Shown here piece by piece: positions 1-8,108 of a DNA stretch of 57,410 nucleotides. This DNA is from Candidatus Methanomethylicus mesodigestus. Lineage in GTDB: Archaea > Thermoproteota > Methanomethylicia > Methanomethylicales > Methanomethylicaceae. The DNA lies in the NCBI GenBank assembly GCA_001717005.1, contig MAGS01000087.1:15453-72862 (forward strand), in the 5' to 3' direction. Each line of letters starts with the position of its first letter. Position 1 is the stretch's first letter. Both the position numbers and the translations under genes were made by a program. Under the pieces are notes generated by a model. That model did no database searches, was not told the DNA's origin, and was given only the letters and a program-made list of their open reading frames with translations.

Positions 1-2
1 AG

Positions 3-1385
3 GAGCTGGGCGGCGATATAGACTACAACAAGAAGATCGTAAAGGGGTTTCCGGAATACGCCATAAGGGAAGGCGTTGCCAAAGTCCCGAGGAACTTCGT
101 CTTCGGCGCCCGCGACCCCGAATGGGACATGGTCTTCCAAGGCGGCGGAACGAAGCAGTTCTGGGGCGCCTCATGCGGCGCAACTGAGCGCCTGCTTCTT
201 AATTCTGACGGGAAGACCTTCTCCAGAAGACGCGCCGACAAAGATGATCTGGCCTATACCACCAAAATCGTGGACGGAATTGACGACTTTGACATGAACA
301 ACTACGTCTTCGATCTTGGCAAGGAAGGCCAGCTCGGCCTCCCGACGGAGCTAATACGGATGGATACTATGCTCCAAAATACAACCAAATGGGCAGGCAA
401 TCTGACTACCGTCGTATCGGACATTAAGGAGCACGACTATGTTGCAAAACTGGGAGCGACAGTATCGGGCGGCGAGGAGGAGTTCAGGAAGCGCCCGCTG
501 TGGTTTGGCGTACTTAACCCGCTTGGCGCCCTGCAGATGAATCTGTACAATAGCTGGCTCATGCGCGCAAGCTTCAAGCACCACTTCCCAGTGACGCCCG
601 GCATAGTTGCCGCCTCGCCGCTCGTCGGCGTAGCCACCGCCGCAGGAAATACTGCCAACTCCCTCGCCGGTCTGCTCTGGGTATCTGCCATGAAGGGGCA
701 CTTTGACCCGGGCACTGCGGTCATGGGTAACAACATCGTCTTTTCACTGGACCCCTATACCGGCAGAGGCGCGCTTGGCAACGCCCATACCACGCTGGGC
801 AATAACGCCTTGACCAGTCTGTGGCATGACCTGTATGGCCTGCCTATAGCTTCATACCAGGGCACGTTTGCCGCGCAACTGGACCAGATGGCGTTTGCCC
901 TCATGAAGAGCATGACGATACAGATGGTGATTGGCTGCGACCTGATCTGGGAGCAGTTCTCAGACGCGGCGTTGGATCCTGCCATGCTGGTAGTGGCAGC
1001 CGAGATTGCAAGCTCGGGACGCGATCTCATGAAGAACTTCAACCAGATAATGCCGACCAAGGAGAACCTCGCGCTCGAACTAGCAAAGGAGTTCGGCGCT
1101 ACCGGCGAGGGCTGGATGACCTCTGACTTCAACATGAGCCGCATCGACACATTCTACAAGACCCCCACCCTCGACACTAGGGGGTTCGACATATGGATGA
1201 GAGAGGGCTGCCAGTCATGGACTCATGACCTGTGTCGTGAGAAGCTCAAGGAGTACGAGCAGCACGAGCCGGTGCCTATGCCGAAGGACATTGCCGAGAG
1301 GATGAACGCCATCGTCAAGGAAGGCACTGATTTGCTGAAGAGGCAGGAGAGCGGCGCGCCGTCTCACACTGCCAAACCGATATGA
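3..1385 (+). CDS. MttB-superfamily (trimethylamine methyltransferase family) corrinoid-dependent methyltransferase, non-pyrrolysine type; 5' end cut by window edge
   Basis: Frame is open from nt 3 (ELGGDIDYNKKIVKGFPEY... precedes the first Met at 129). Colinear with, and roughly 60% identical by eye to, the full-length paralog at 8109-9602. No in-frame TAG. A corrinoid protein gene follows 12 nt downstream. Confidence 0.85.
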   Translation, partial: ELGGDIDYNKKIVKGFPEYAIREGVAKVPRNFVFGARDPEWDMVFQGGGTKQFWGASCGATERLLLNSDGKTFSRRRADKDDLAYTTKIVDGIDDFDMNNYVFDLGKEGQLGLPTELIRMDTMLQNTTKWAGNLTTVVSDIKEHDYVAKLGATVSGGEEEFRKRPLWFGVLNPLGALQMNLYNSWLMRASFKHHFPVTPGIVAASPLVGVATAAGNTANSLAGLLWVSAMKGHFDPGTAVMGNNIVFSLDPYTGRGALGNAHTTLGNNALTSLWHDLYGLPIASYQGTFAAQLDQMAFALMKSMTIQMVIGCDLIWEQFSDAALDPAMLVVAAEIASSGRDLMKNFNQIMPTKENLALELAKEFGATGEGWMTSDFNMSRIDTFYKTPTLDTRGFDIWMREGCQSWTHDLCREKLKEYEQHEPVPMPKDIAERMNAIVKEGTDLLKRQESGAPSHTAKPI

Positions 1386-1397
1386 GAGGGAGAAAAA

Positions 1398-2069
1398 ATG
1401 GCAACAAAAGATGAGATCTTAGCTAAATTGGCAAATGCCGTGGTAACGTACAAGGAGGCAGATGCGATGGCCGGCGTCAAGGAGGCTCTTGAGATGGGCA
1501 TACCGCCGGTCGACATCGTGACAAGGGGCCTGTCCGTAGGGATCAGGACCGTCGGCGAGCGATATGGTCAGGGCAAGGTCGCCATCCCATTCGTCATGCT
1601 CGCGGCCAAGATAATGGACAAGGCGACGAAGGAGGCATTATCGAAGGTTCCGGCCGACCAGATGCCAAAGCCGCTGGCGACGATGGTCATCGGCACCGTG
1701 GAGGGCGACATCCATGACCTTGGCTCGAACATCGTCTCCGCTGTATTTTCAGCATCCGGCTTCAAGGTCTACAACCTGGGGCACGACGTCTCCCCTGACA
1801 CCTTCATCAAGAAGGCGGAGGAGGTGGGCGCGGACATGATCGGGGCGTCGGCGCTGATGACCAACACGCTGCAGCAGCAGAAGATCCTCGGGGACAAGCT
1901 GGCGAAGCAGGGCCTCCGCGAGAAGTACATCTACTTGGTCGGGGGCGGCGCATTCCCCGGCGCGGAGTGGTGCGAGGAGATCGGCGCGGACGGCTTCGCC
2001 ACCGACGTAACAATCGGGCTCGAGGTCGCGAAGAAGTGCGTGGCGGAGCGTAAGAAGCAGACCAATTGA
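1398..2069 (+). CDS. Methyltransferase cognate corrinoid protein (MttC/MtgC-like, B12-binding)
   Basis: 223 aa. Has a cap-helix domain plus a Rossmann B12-binding domain with the DxHxxG motif (EGDIHDLG). GGAG-type RBS upstream. Sits directly after the MttB homolog. Confidence 0.9.
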   Translation: MATKDEILAKLANAVVTYKEADAMAGVKEALEMGIPPVDIVTRGLSVGIRTVGERYGQGKVAIPFVMLAAKIMDKATKEALSKVPADQMPKPLATMVIGTVEGDIHDLGSNIVSAVFSASGFKVYNLGHDVSPDTFIKKAEEVGADMIGASALMTNTLQQQKILGDKLAKQGLREKYIYLVGGGAFPGAEWCEEIGADGFATDVTIGLEVAKKCVAERKKQTN

Positions 2070-2081
2070 GGTGATCGACAA

Positions 2082-2474
2082 ATGGTGAAGTATGGAACAT
2101 TGGAGTATTTCCAGGCACTAGCAGCTGCACTGAACAAGGACGAGGAGTTTGCCAAATCCGGCATCTCGACGACCTACATCTACCGATTCACCGACCGCAA
2201 GAACGCGGCCGGCGGCATGCTGAGCTTCCTCCTGAAGTTCGACAAGGGCAAGGTCGCCGAGGCGAAGGAGGTGGACGAGAAGGCAGATGCCGAGTTCATA
2301 GGCACCGGTCCATACGACGTCCAGGTGAAGATCGCAAAGGGCGAGCTGGACGGGCAGAAGGCAATGAAGGAGGGGAGCTTCAAGATGAAATACTTCCTCT
2401 TCAAGGCCGCCCGGTATGGCAAGACCTTGGCACACATGGGCGAAGTCGCAAGGACCCTCAACCCCGAATACTGA
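2082..2474 (+). CDS. SCP2 (sterol carrier protein 2)-like small protein
   Basis: 130 aa. N-terminus YFQALAAALNKDEEFAKS and C-terminus KMKYFLFKAARYG resemble the SCP2 fold family. Lies 12 nt after the corrinoid protein gene. Confidence 0.55.
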   Translation: MVKYGTLEYFQALAAALNKDEEFAKSGISTTYIYRFTDRKNAAGGMLSFLLKFDKGKVAEAKEVDEKADAEFIGTGPYDVQVKIAKGELDGQKAMKEGSFKMKYFLFKAARYGKTLAHMGEVARTLNPEY

Positions 2475-2639
2475 ACAGCCAATAACCTTCACTCCCCAAT
2501 TTTTCTATTATCATATAACACAAACACACTTTCTTTAACAAACTTCTTTAAAGGCACAAAGATAGCTTCAATATGAATTACGGCCACAATCAAAGAAGAG
2601 CAGGCATGGCGCCGCGCCTATGCAAAGGAGAGGGTGATT

Positions 2640-3653
2640 ATGATCAACATGACGCAGAAAGAACGCCTCGTATCCGCTTTAATGAATAAGCCGGTTGACA
2701 AGACCCCGGTTGTGAGCGTTACCCAGACCGGGACGCTCGAACTCATGAATGCCGCAAACGCATACTGGCCAGCTGCGCACAGGGATGCGAAGCTTATGGC
2801 CGACCTCGCTCTAGCGGCGCACACGATTGCCGGGCTAGAGGCGGTCAGGCTGCCGTTCGGGCTGACTGGCGAGGCTGCATCAATGGGGTGCCGCGTCAAC
2901 TACCATGAGGACAAGAACGACTTCACGCCTACGGTTGAATGCGGATTCCAGTCATACGACAACCTCCCCATGCCCTCCCCCAACGAGGGCCTCATGGGCA
3001 CAATTATGGCCGCAGTAGGGATCTGCAGAGAGCGTCTCGGCTGCGACGTCCCCATAATAGTCGGCGTTACTGGCCCATTCACTCTGGCCGGGCACATACG
3101 CGGCGTCAACGACATCCTTACCGACGTCATCCTCGATCCGGACCTGGTAAACAAAATCCTCGAAACGACGTGGCGGATCTCAGCAAACTTCGCCGGCGCG
3201 CTAGTGAAGAAGGGCGTGGACGTGGTCGCGTTCATAGAGCCGACCGCATCCATAATCGGTCCGGACTTCTTCAAGGCATATGCCCTCCCTTACCTGAAGA
3301 AGGCGGCGGCATCCGTCAGCGCGCCGACCGTGCTCCACATATGCGGCGACTCGCTGCCGATTATGGAGATGATGGTGGAGACCGGGGTCAGCGGCATCAG
3401 CATCGACCAGAAGGTCAGCGCGATAGCCGCAAAGTCTGCAATCCGCGGCAGATGTAGCCTTGTCGGCAACATAGACCCCGTGGCAGTCCTTCAGATGAAG
3501 GGCGATCAGGGCGTTGAGGAAGCGAGCATCCGCCTCCTCTCCGAGGGCGTCAGCGTCCTGGCGCCGGGCTGCGGCATTTCGCCGTACACCCGGACCAGCC
3601 AGATCGCCGCGATGGTCAAAGCAAGGAACAAATACTTTGAGCATAGAATTTAG
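2640..3653 (+). CDS. Methylcobamide:coenzyme M methyltransferase (MT2; MtbA/MtaA, uroporphyrinogen decarboxylase family)
   Basis: URO-D fold family. Putative Zn ligands are present: LHICGD (H-x-C) and APGCG (C). GGAGAGGG RBS precedes the ATG at 2640 (the ORF track starts at GTG 2634). Ends in TAG. Confidence 0.85.
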   Translation: MINMTQKERLVSALMNKPVDKTPVVSVTQTGTLELMNAANAYWPAAHRDAKLMADLALAAHTIAGLEAVRLPFGLTGEAASMGCRVNYHEDKNDFTPTVECGFQSYDNLPMPSPNEGLMGTIMAAVGICRERLGCDVPIIVGVTGPFTLAGHIRGVNDILTDVILDPDLVNKILETTWRISANFAGALVKKGVDVVAFIEPTASIIGPDFFKAYALPYLKKAAASVSAPTVLHICGDSLPIMEMMVETGVSGISIDQKVSAIAAKSAIRGRCSLVGNIDPVAVLQMKGDQGVEEASIRLLSEGVSVLAPGCGISPYTRTSQIAAMVKARNKYFEHRI

Positions 3654-3677
3654 TTTGGTGGGAATGGGGATCAAATA

Positions 3678-4601
3678 ATGCCTTCACAAGCAATTGCAGC
3701 CATCCAAAATAAGTACTGCATAATAGGCAGGACAAACGAGCTTCATCAGGCGCTCAACGCCATCAATGCGAAGAAGCACACGCTCATCGAAGGGCCCGTC
3801 GGAGTGGGGAAGACCGTCATCGCCGTGGCTCTGGCAAACCACTTCGGAAGGAGCATCTATCGCGTCGACGGGGACGAGCGGTACACCGAGCAGAAGATGG
3901 TGGGCTGGTTCGACCCTCCGCAGGTTATGGCGAAGGGCTACTCCACTGAGGCGTTCATAGAGGGCCCGCTGACCAAGGCCATGAAGGACGGCGCCTTCCT
4001 ATTCATAAACGAGCTCAACAGGATGCCCGAAGGGACGCAGAACGTCCTGCTGCCCGCGATGGACGAGCGCAGGATCGTCGTCCCCAGGATAGGCCTCGTC
4101 GAGGCAAAGGAGGGCTTCACGATAATCGCTACGCAAAACCCGGAGGAGTACATCGGCACGAGCCGGCTCAGCGAGGCACTCAAGGACCGCTTCGTTTGGA
4201 TACGCCTCGACTACCAGTCCGAGTCTGAGGAGGAGGCGATCGTGAAGAAGGAGACCCGCTCTGACGACGAGCTCTTGGTCAGGATCGCGGTGAATGTTGG
4301 GCGGTCGACGCGGCAGAATGCAGAGATGAGGAGGGGCGCGTCCGTCCGGGGCGCTATAGACATCGTCTCAATAATGCAGCAGGCCTCCCCATGCAGGTTC
4401 GCCGACATGGCGCCTGAAGATGCCGTGCGCCTCCTCAAGGAGGCTGCCGTGATGGCCCTGTCCTCGAAGGTGGAGCTGCGGGAAGGTTCGCACGAGAAGC
4501 TCATCGAGGTCCTCTCAAAGGTGGTCGACGCCGCCCTCAATGAGCTTGGCCGGAAAGCGCCCGCACCGCAGGACACGAAGGAGCACTCTGAAAATTTTTG
4601 A
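3678..4601 (+). CDS. MoxR-class AAA+ ATPase (AAA_5; CbbQ/NorQ/GvpN-like)
   Basis: Walker A is GPVGVGKT. The Walker B-like stretch is FLFINELNR, where Asn appears to replace the usual Asp (alignment by eye). Has ATQNPEE and a sensor region. About 300 aa, typical of stand-alone MoxR ATPases. Confidence 0.85.
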   Translation: MPSQAIAAIQNKYCIIGRTNELHQALNAINAKKHTLIEGPVGVGKTVIAVALANHFGRSIYRVDGDERYTEQKMVGWFDPPQVMAKGYSTEAFIEGPLTKAMKDGAFLFINELNRMPEGTQNVLLPAMDERRIVVPRIGLVEAKEGFTIIATQNPEEYIGTSRLSEALKDRFVWIRLDYQSESEEEAIVKKETRSDDELLVRIAVNVGRSTRQNAEMRRGASVRGAIDIVSIMQQASPCRFADMAPEDAVRLLKEAAVMALSSKVELREGSHEKLIEVLSKVVDAALNELGRKAPAPQDTKEHSENF

Positions 4602-5524
4602 AGAGCCTCCCTCTGGCGAGGGAGGGCCTGAACAGGGGCGACTTTCAGTTCTTGCGGGTGATGGCAAAGGAGAACCCGAAGACCCTAGCTGAGCTTCTGC
4701 AGGACCCCTCGCTCTTCGAGGAGGTGATCAAGGCAACGGAAGCCACGAACATGAAGTGGTCCGCCGCCCTCTTCCTCTACGGCGTCCAGAATGACCTGAC
4801 AGAGTCGCAGAGGCGCATCGCCCGTGAAGTCCTGATACGCCTCCTGATGCAGCTCGCCAGCCACATATCGGCCCGCGGCATAAGGTCGACGGAGCGCGTG
4901 CTCACGCCCTTCAGGCCGGGGCTCGACGAGATGGAGATCGAGTGCACGATGGACAACGTCATGGGTAAGAGGTGCGCCGACTACGAGGACATCATAATGG
5001 TCGACAAACGCCCCAAGCAGCGCGGGATAGTCCTCATGCTCGACGTCAGCAACTCCATGCAGAGGGAGAAGATCCTCATCGCCACCCTGGCCATCGGGGT
5101 CCTCGCCTACCGTCTGAGGGGCGAGAACTATTCGATCCTCACATTCAACAACGAGGTCGATGTCATCAAGCCGATCGAGAAGGAGATGTCCATAGAAGAG
5201 CTCCTCGACAGGATGCTTGAGATCCAATCGAAGGGGATTACCAACATCAAGCTCGCCCTCGAGAAGGGGCTGGAGCAGCTATCTAAGAAGGTCGCACACG
5301 AGAAGATGGGAATCATCGCTACCGACGGCTGGGCGACGACCGGGGGGGATCCGATCGAGGTTGCCAAGAACTACTCGCGGCTCCACGTGATCCAAGTCCC
5401 TATGGGCATAGGCGGAGGGGACGACAAGACCTGCATAGCGATGGCGAGAATATCCAAGGGGAAGCGCGTGTACGTCAAGAACTTCATCGAGCTCCCCCGG
5501 GCCGTCCTCGAGATCCTGAGGTGA
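4598..5524 (+). CDS. von Willebrand factor A (VWA) domain protein, MoxR partner
   Basis: MIDAS motif DVSNS in VLMLDVSNSM, followed by IIATDG. Its start overlaps the MoxR stop (TTGA). The pairing is typical of MoxR-VWA two-gene modules. Confidence 0.8.
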   Translation: MKSLPLAREGLNRGDFQFLRVMAKENPKTLAELLQDPSLFEEVIKATEATNMKWSAALFLYGVQNDLTESQRRIAREVLIRLLMQLASHISARGIRSTERVLTPFRPGLDEMEIECTMDNVMGKRCADYEDIIMVDKRPKQRGIVLMLDVSNSMQREKILIATLAIGVLAYRLRGENYSILTFNNEVDVIKPIEKEMSIEELLDRMLEIQSKGITNIKLALEKGLEQLSKKVAHEKMGIIATDGWATTGGDPIEVAKNYSRLHVIQVPMGIGGGDDKTCIAMARISKGKRVYVKNFIELPRAVLEILR

Positions 5525-5525
5525 A

Positions 5526-6209
5526 ATGGCCATGGCGACGGAACCGGCACCGATCAAAAAGCTACGGGATGCGGTCATCGGCTGCAGCAAAGCGTCCATC
5601 CTGAGCGCCGCCAACGAGGCGATCGCCGCAAAGGTCGACAAGATCAAGGCAATAGAGCTCGGGCTCATGGCCGGGATAGCCGAGGTCGAGCGCCTCTATG
5701 CCGAGAGGAGGCTCGCTGCGCCCAGCCTCGCATCGGCGGAGTACGCCGCATGGGAAGCCCGTGACCTGCTCGTATCATCCATGCCAGAGGGCAGCCGCCC
5801 CCCTCCACCCGGAAGGGTCGTCATCGGCATCGCCTACCGGGACATACATAGCATAGGCAAGATGATCTCGAAGGCGATGCTCACCTCCCGCGGATTCGAG
5901 GTCTGCGACCTCGGGGAGGACGTCAAACCGGAGGAGTTCGTCAGGAAGGCCGAGGAGCTGAATGCCGACATCATCGCCGTCGGGACCCTGATGCTCCAGT
6001 CGATGGCATACCAGAAGCAGGTCGTCGACATCTTGAACAAGAAGGGGAGAAGGGACGCGTACAGGGTCATAATAGGCGGCAGGCCGGACATAATAACGCA
6101 GGAGTTCGCCGAGGAGATCGGGGCAGACGCCTGCGGGCACAACATAGTCGACTTCGTTGAAAAGATAGCGAAGTGCGCCGCATCAGCAAAGAGCGAAACA
6201 ATGGATTGA
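5526..6209 (+). CDS. Second corrinoid (B12-binding) protein with divergent N-terminal cap region
   Basis: DxHxxG motif (RDIHSIG) followed by a Rossmann B12-binding domain (GFEVCDLGEDV...IIAVGTLM...IIGG). The ATG lies 1 nt after the VWA stop. Confidence 0.8.
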   Translation: MAMATEPAPIKKLRDAVIGCSKASILSAANEAIAAKVDKIKAIELGLMAGIAEVERLYAERRLAAPSLASAEYAAWEARDLLVSSMPEGSRPPPPGRVVIGIAYRDIHSIGKMISKAMLTSRGFEVCDLGEDVKPEEFVRKAEELNADIIAVGTLMLQSMAYQKQVVDILNKKGRRDAYRVIIGGRPDIITQEFAEEIGADACGHNIVDFVEKIAKCAASAKSETMD

Positions 6210-6212
6210 GGC

Positions 6213-7946
6213 ATGAACCAGATGTCGAGACAGCAAGCAAGCCCATTTCAGATACTGAAGAGCGGGCACAGCAGGATCAGGGACGTCCGGAGGGCAAACA
6301 TCATCACGATAGGCAAGGTCTCCGACTCCATAAAAACGACGTTCGGACCCGGGGGCATGCAGAAGATGCTGGTGTTGCCGAAGGGGGACGCCACAATTGC
6401 CAGCGACGGGCTGGCTATAATCAACAACATGGCCACCTCCAGCCCCATAACCCAGCTCCTCATCGAGGCCGTGCGAACGCAGCACGAGCTGGCGGGGGAC
6501 GGCACAAAGACAGTCGTAATCCTTGCCGGGGAGCTGCTGAAGAAGGCCGACCTCCTCCTCAAGATGAAGATACATCCGACGACCATCATGGGCGGCTACA
6601 ACAAGGCGAGGAAGCGCGCGCTCGAGACACTCGAATCGACGGGAATGCGCGTCTCCCTGAAGGACCGTGAGCTCCTCCAAAGCATCGCCAGTACTGCAAT
6701 AGGCGGACGGCTATCGGGCAAGGAGCGGGAACTGATCGCCAGCCTTGCCGTCGAATCCGTCAGCAAAATTGCGGAGGAGAGCCGCGGCAAGGCGAAGGTC
6801 GACCAGGACTGGCTGACCATCCGAAAAAAGGCAGGCGGCAGCGTGGCTGAGTCACGGCTCCTGAGCGCCCTCGTCGTCTACAAAGAGCGGCCCAGCCCCA
6901 AGATGCCCTCACGCCTGACCGGCGCAAAGGTGGCGCTGATCGGCTCCTCGCTGGACCCACTCACATACAACAACGACCAGACCCTGCGCGAGTACGAGGT
7001 CAATACCCCGTCCCAGCTCCGGGAGATCATCAAGGGCGAGCTGGAATTCAACAGAGGCGTCGTGAAACACACCCTCCGCGCCGGGGCAGCGGTCCTCTTC
7101 TGCCAAAAGCGCGTTAGCAAGGCCATCATGAAGCAGTTCGCAGACGCAGGCATACTTGCACTGGAGATGGTCTCTCAGGAGGAGATGCTAAGGCTTGAGA
7201 AGGTAACTGGCGCCACGATAGTGACCAATGTCGACTCGCTGGCTCCGGACGACCTCGGGGCGGCCGCGCTTGCGGAGTTCAGGAAGATATCCGGGGACGA
7301 GATGCTCTTCATAGAAGGGGCAAGGCGGTCAAAGGTGGCCACCGCCATCCTGAGGGGAGGGACGCCGCAGATAGTCGAGTCCCTTGAGACGATCTACAGG
7401 TCCGCGGCGAACGCGGTTGCAAAGGCCGTCGAGGATGGCCGGGCACTCCACGGAGGAGGCGCATGCGAGATGAACCTGTCGACCGACCTGCGCGCATACT
7501 CGAAGAGCTTCCCCGGGAAAGAGCAGCTCGCGATAGAGGCGTTTGCGGACGCCCTCGAAGAGATCCCGAAGGCGCTCGCCTCAAACTCAGGGAAGAACCC
7601 AATCGACGCGCTGACATGGCTCAGGGCAGGGCACTCTGCCGGCTCCAAGGACCTGTGCATCGATGCCGGAACGAATGCCGCAAAGGCCGTCGACGCCTTC
7701 CTTGTAAAGCACCACGCGATAAACGCCGCCTCGGACGTCGCAACGATGGTGTTGGGGATCAGCGACGTCATAGCGGTGACGAACCCGGCAGCGGTGCAGG
7801 CCGCCCAGCGGGAGACTGAGGCGGAGCAGAACCGCATTCAAGGGGAGCGGCTGCGGACGGCATTCAAGGAGAACGAGGCGCTCAAGGAGGTCCAAACAAT
7901 TGACCGGCAGGTAGCCGAGCGCCTGAGCCGGCCTGAAAGCTATTAG
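6213..7946 (+). CDS. Divergent group II chaperonin (thermosome/CCT family) paralog
   Basis: Family signatures are present but altered: TFGPGGMQKMLV, IASDGLAII, AGDGTKTVVILAGELL (canonical GDGTTT) and HGGGACE. The C-terminus is a charged helical tail rather than a GGM repeat. The ATG lies 3 nt after the previous stop. Ends in TAG. Confidence 0.85.
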   Translation: MNQMSRQQASPFQILKSGHSRIRDVRRANIITIGKVSDSIKTTFGPGGMQKMLVLPKGDATIASDGLAIINNMATSSPITQLLIEAVRTQHELAGDGTKTVVILAGELLKKADLLLKMKIHPTTIMGGYNKARKRALETLESTGMRVSLKDRELLQSIASTAIGGRLSGKERELIASLAVESVSKIAEESRGKAKVDQDWLTIRKKAGGSVAESRLLSALVVYKERPSPKMPSRLTGAKVALIGSSLDPLTYNNDQTLREYEVNTPSQLREIIKGELEFNRGVVKHTLRAGAAVLFCQKRVSKAIMKQFADAGILALEMVSQEEMLRLEKVTGATIVTNVDSLAPDDLGAAALAEFRKISGDEMLFIEGARRSKVATAILRGGTPQIVESLETIYRSAANAVAKAVEDGRALHGGGACEMNLSTDLRAYSKSFPGKEQLAIEAFADALEEIPKALASNSGKNPIDALTWLRAGHSAGSKDLCIDAGTNAAKAVDAFLVKHHAINAASDVATMVLGISDVIAVTNPAAVQAAQRETEAEQNRIQGERLRTAFKENEALKEVQTIDRQVAERLSRPESY

Positions 7947-7966
7947 CGACGTCCGCCGATCCAATC

Positions 7967-7983
7967 GCTTCTTTCTTTTTTTA
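7967..7983 (+). terminator. Oligo-T tract after the chaperonin gene (archaeal-type terminator)
   Basis: cttctttcttttttttat lies ~20 nt after the stop and is followed by a 150-nt AT-rich spacer. Confidence 0.5.
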
Positions 7984-8099
7984 TATTGCCGCCGATTTTA
8001 TTTTTAGCTTATTCTAACATATTTATAACATATATTGATTGATTATAACACACCGTCTTATTAGTTAAAAAAAATACAATTTTTAATATCTATTAAGAG
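7984..8099 (+). promoter_or_regulatory. AT-rich promoter region for the second MttB homolog
   Basis: Strongly AT-rich spacer with TATA-like boxes (catatttataacatatat; tttttaatatc). AAGAGGTGGA RBS precedes the ATG at 8109. Confidence 0.5.
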
Positions 8100-8108
8100 G
8101 TGGAGTTA

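Noticed and set aside
3651-3680. The mtbA-type gene ends in TAG, and the MoxR gene starts 24 nt later in the same reading frame with no other stop (…EHRI-TAG-FGGNGDQI-M…). In a pyrrolysine-decoding methanogen this could give an MT2-MoxR read-through fusion.
   Set aside because: Same frame plus 8 stop-free codons is expected by chance about one time in four. The spacer contains a GGTGG/GGGGA RBS for an independent start. TAG also terminates at least 8 other CDS in this window (7946, 19530, 29254, 36595, 54320, and minus-strand genes ending at 48933, 52241 and 56836), so amber is an ordinary stop here. Only proteomics could revive the idea.
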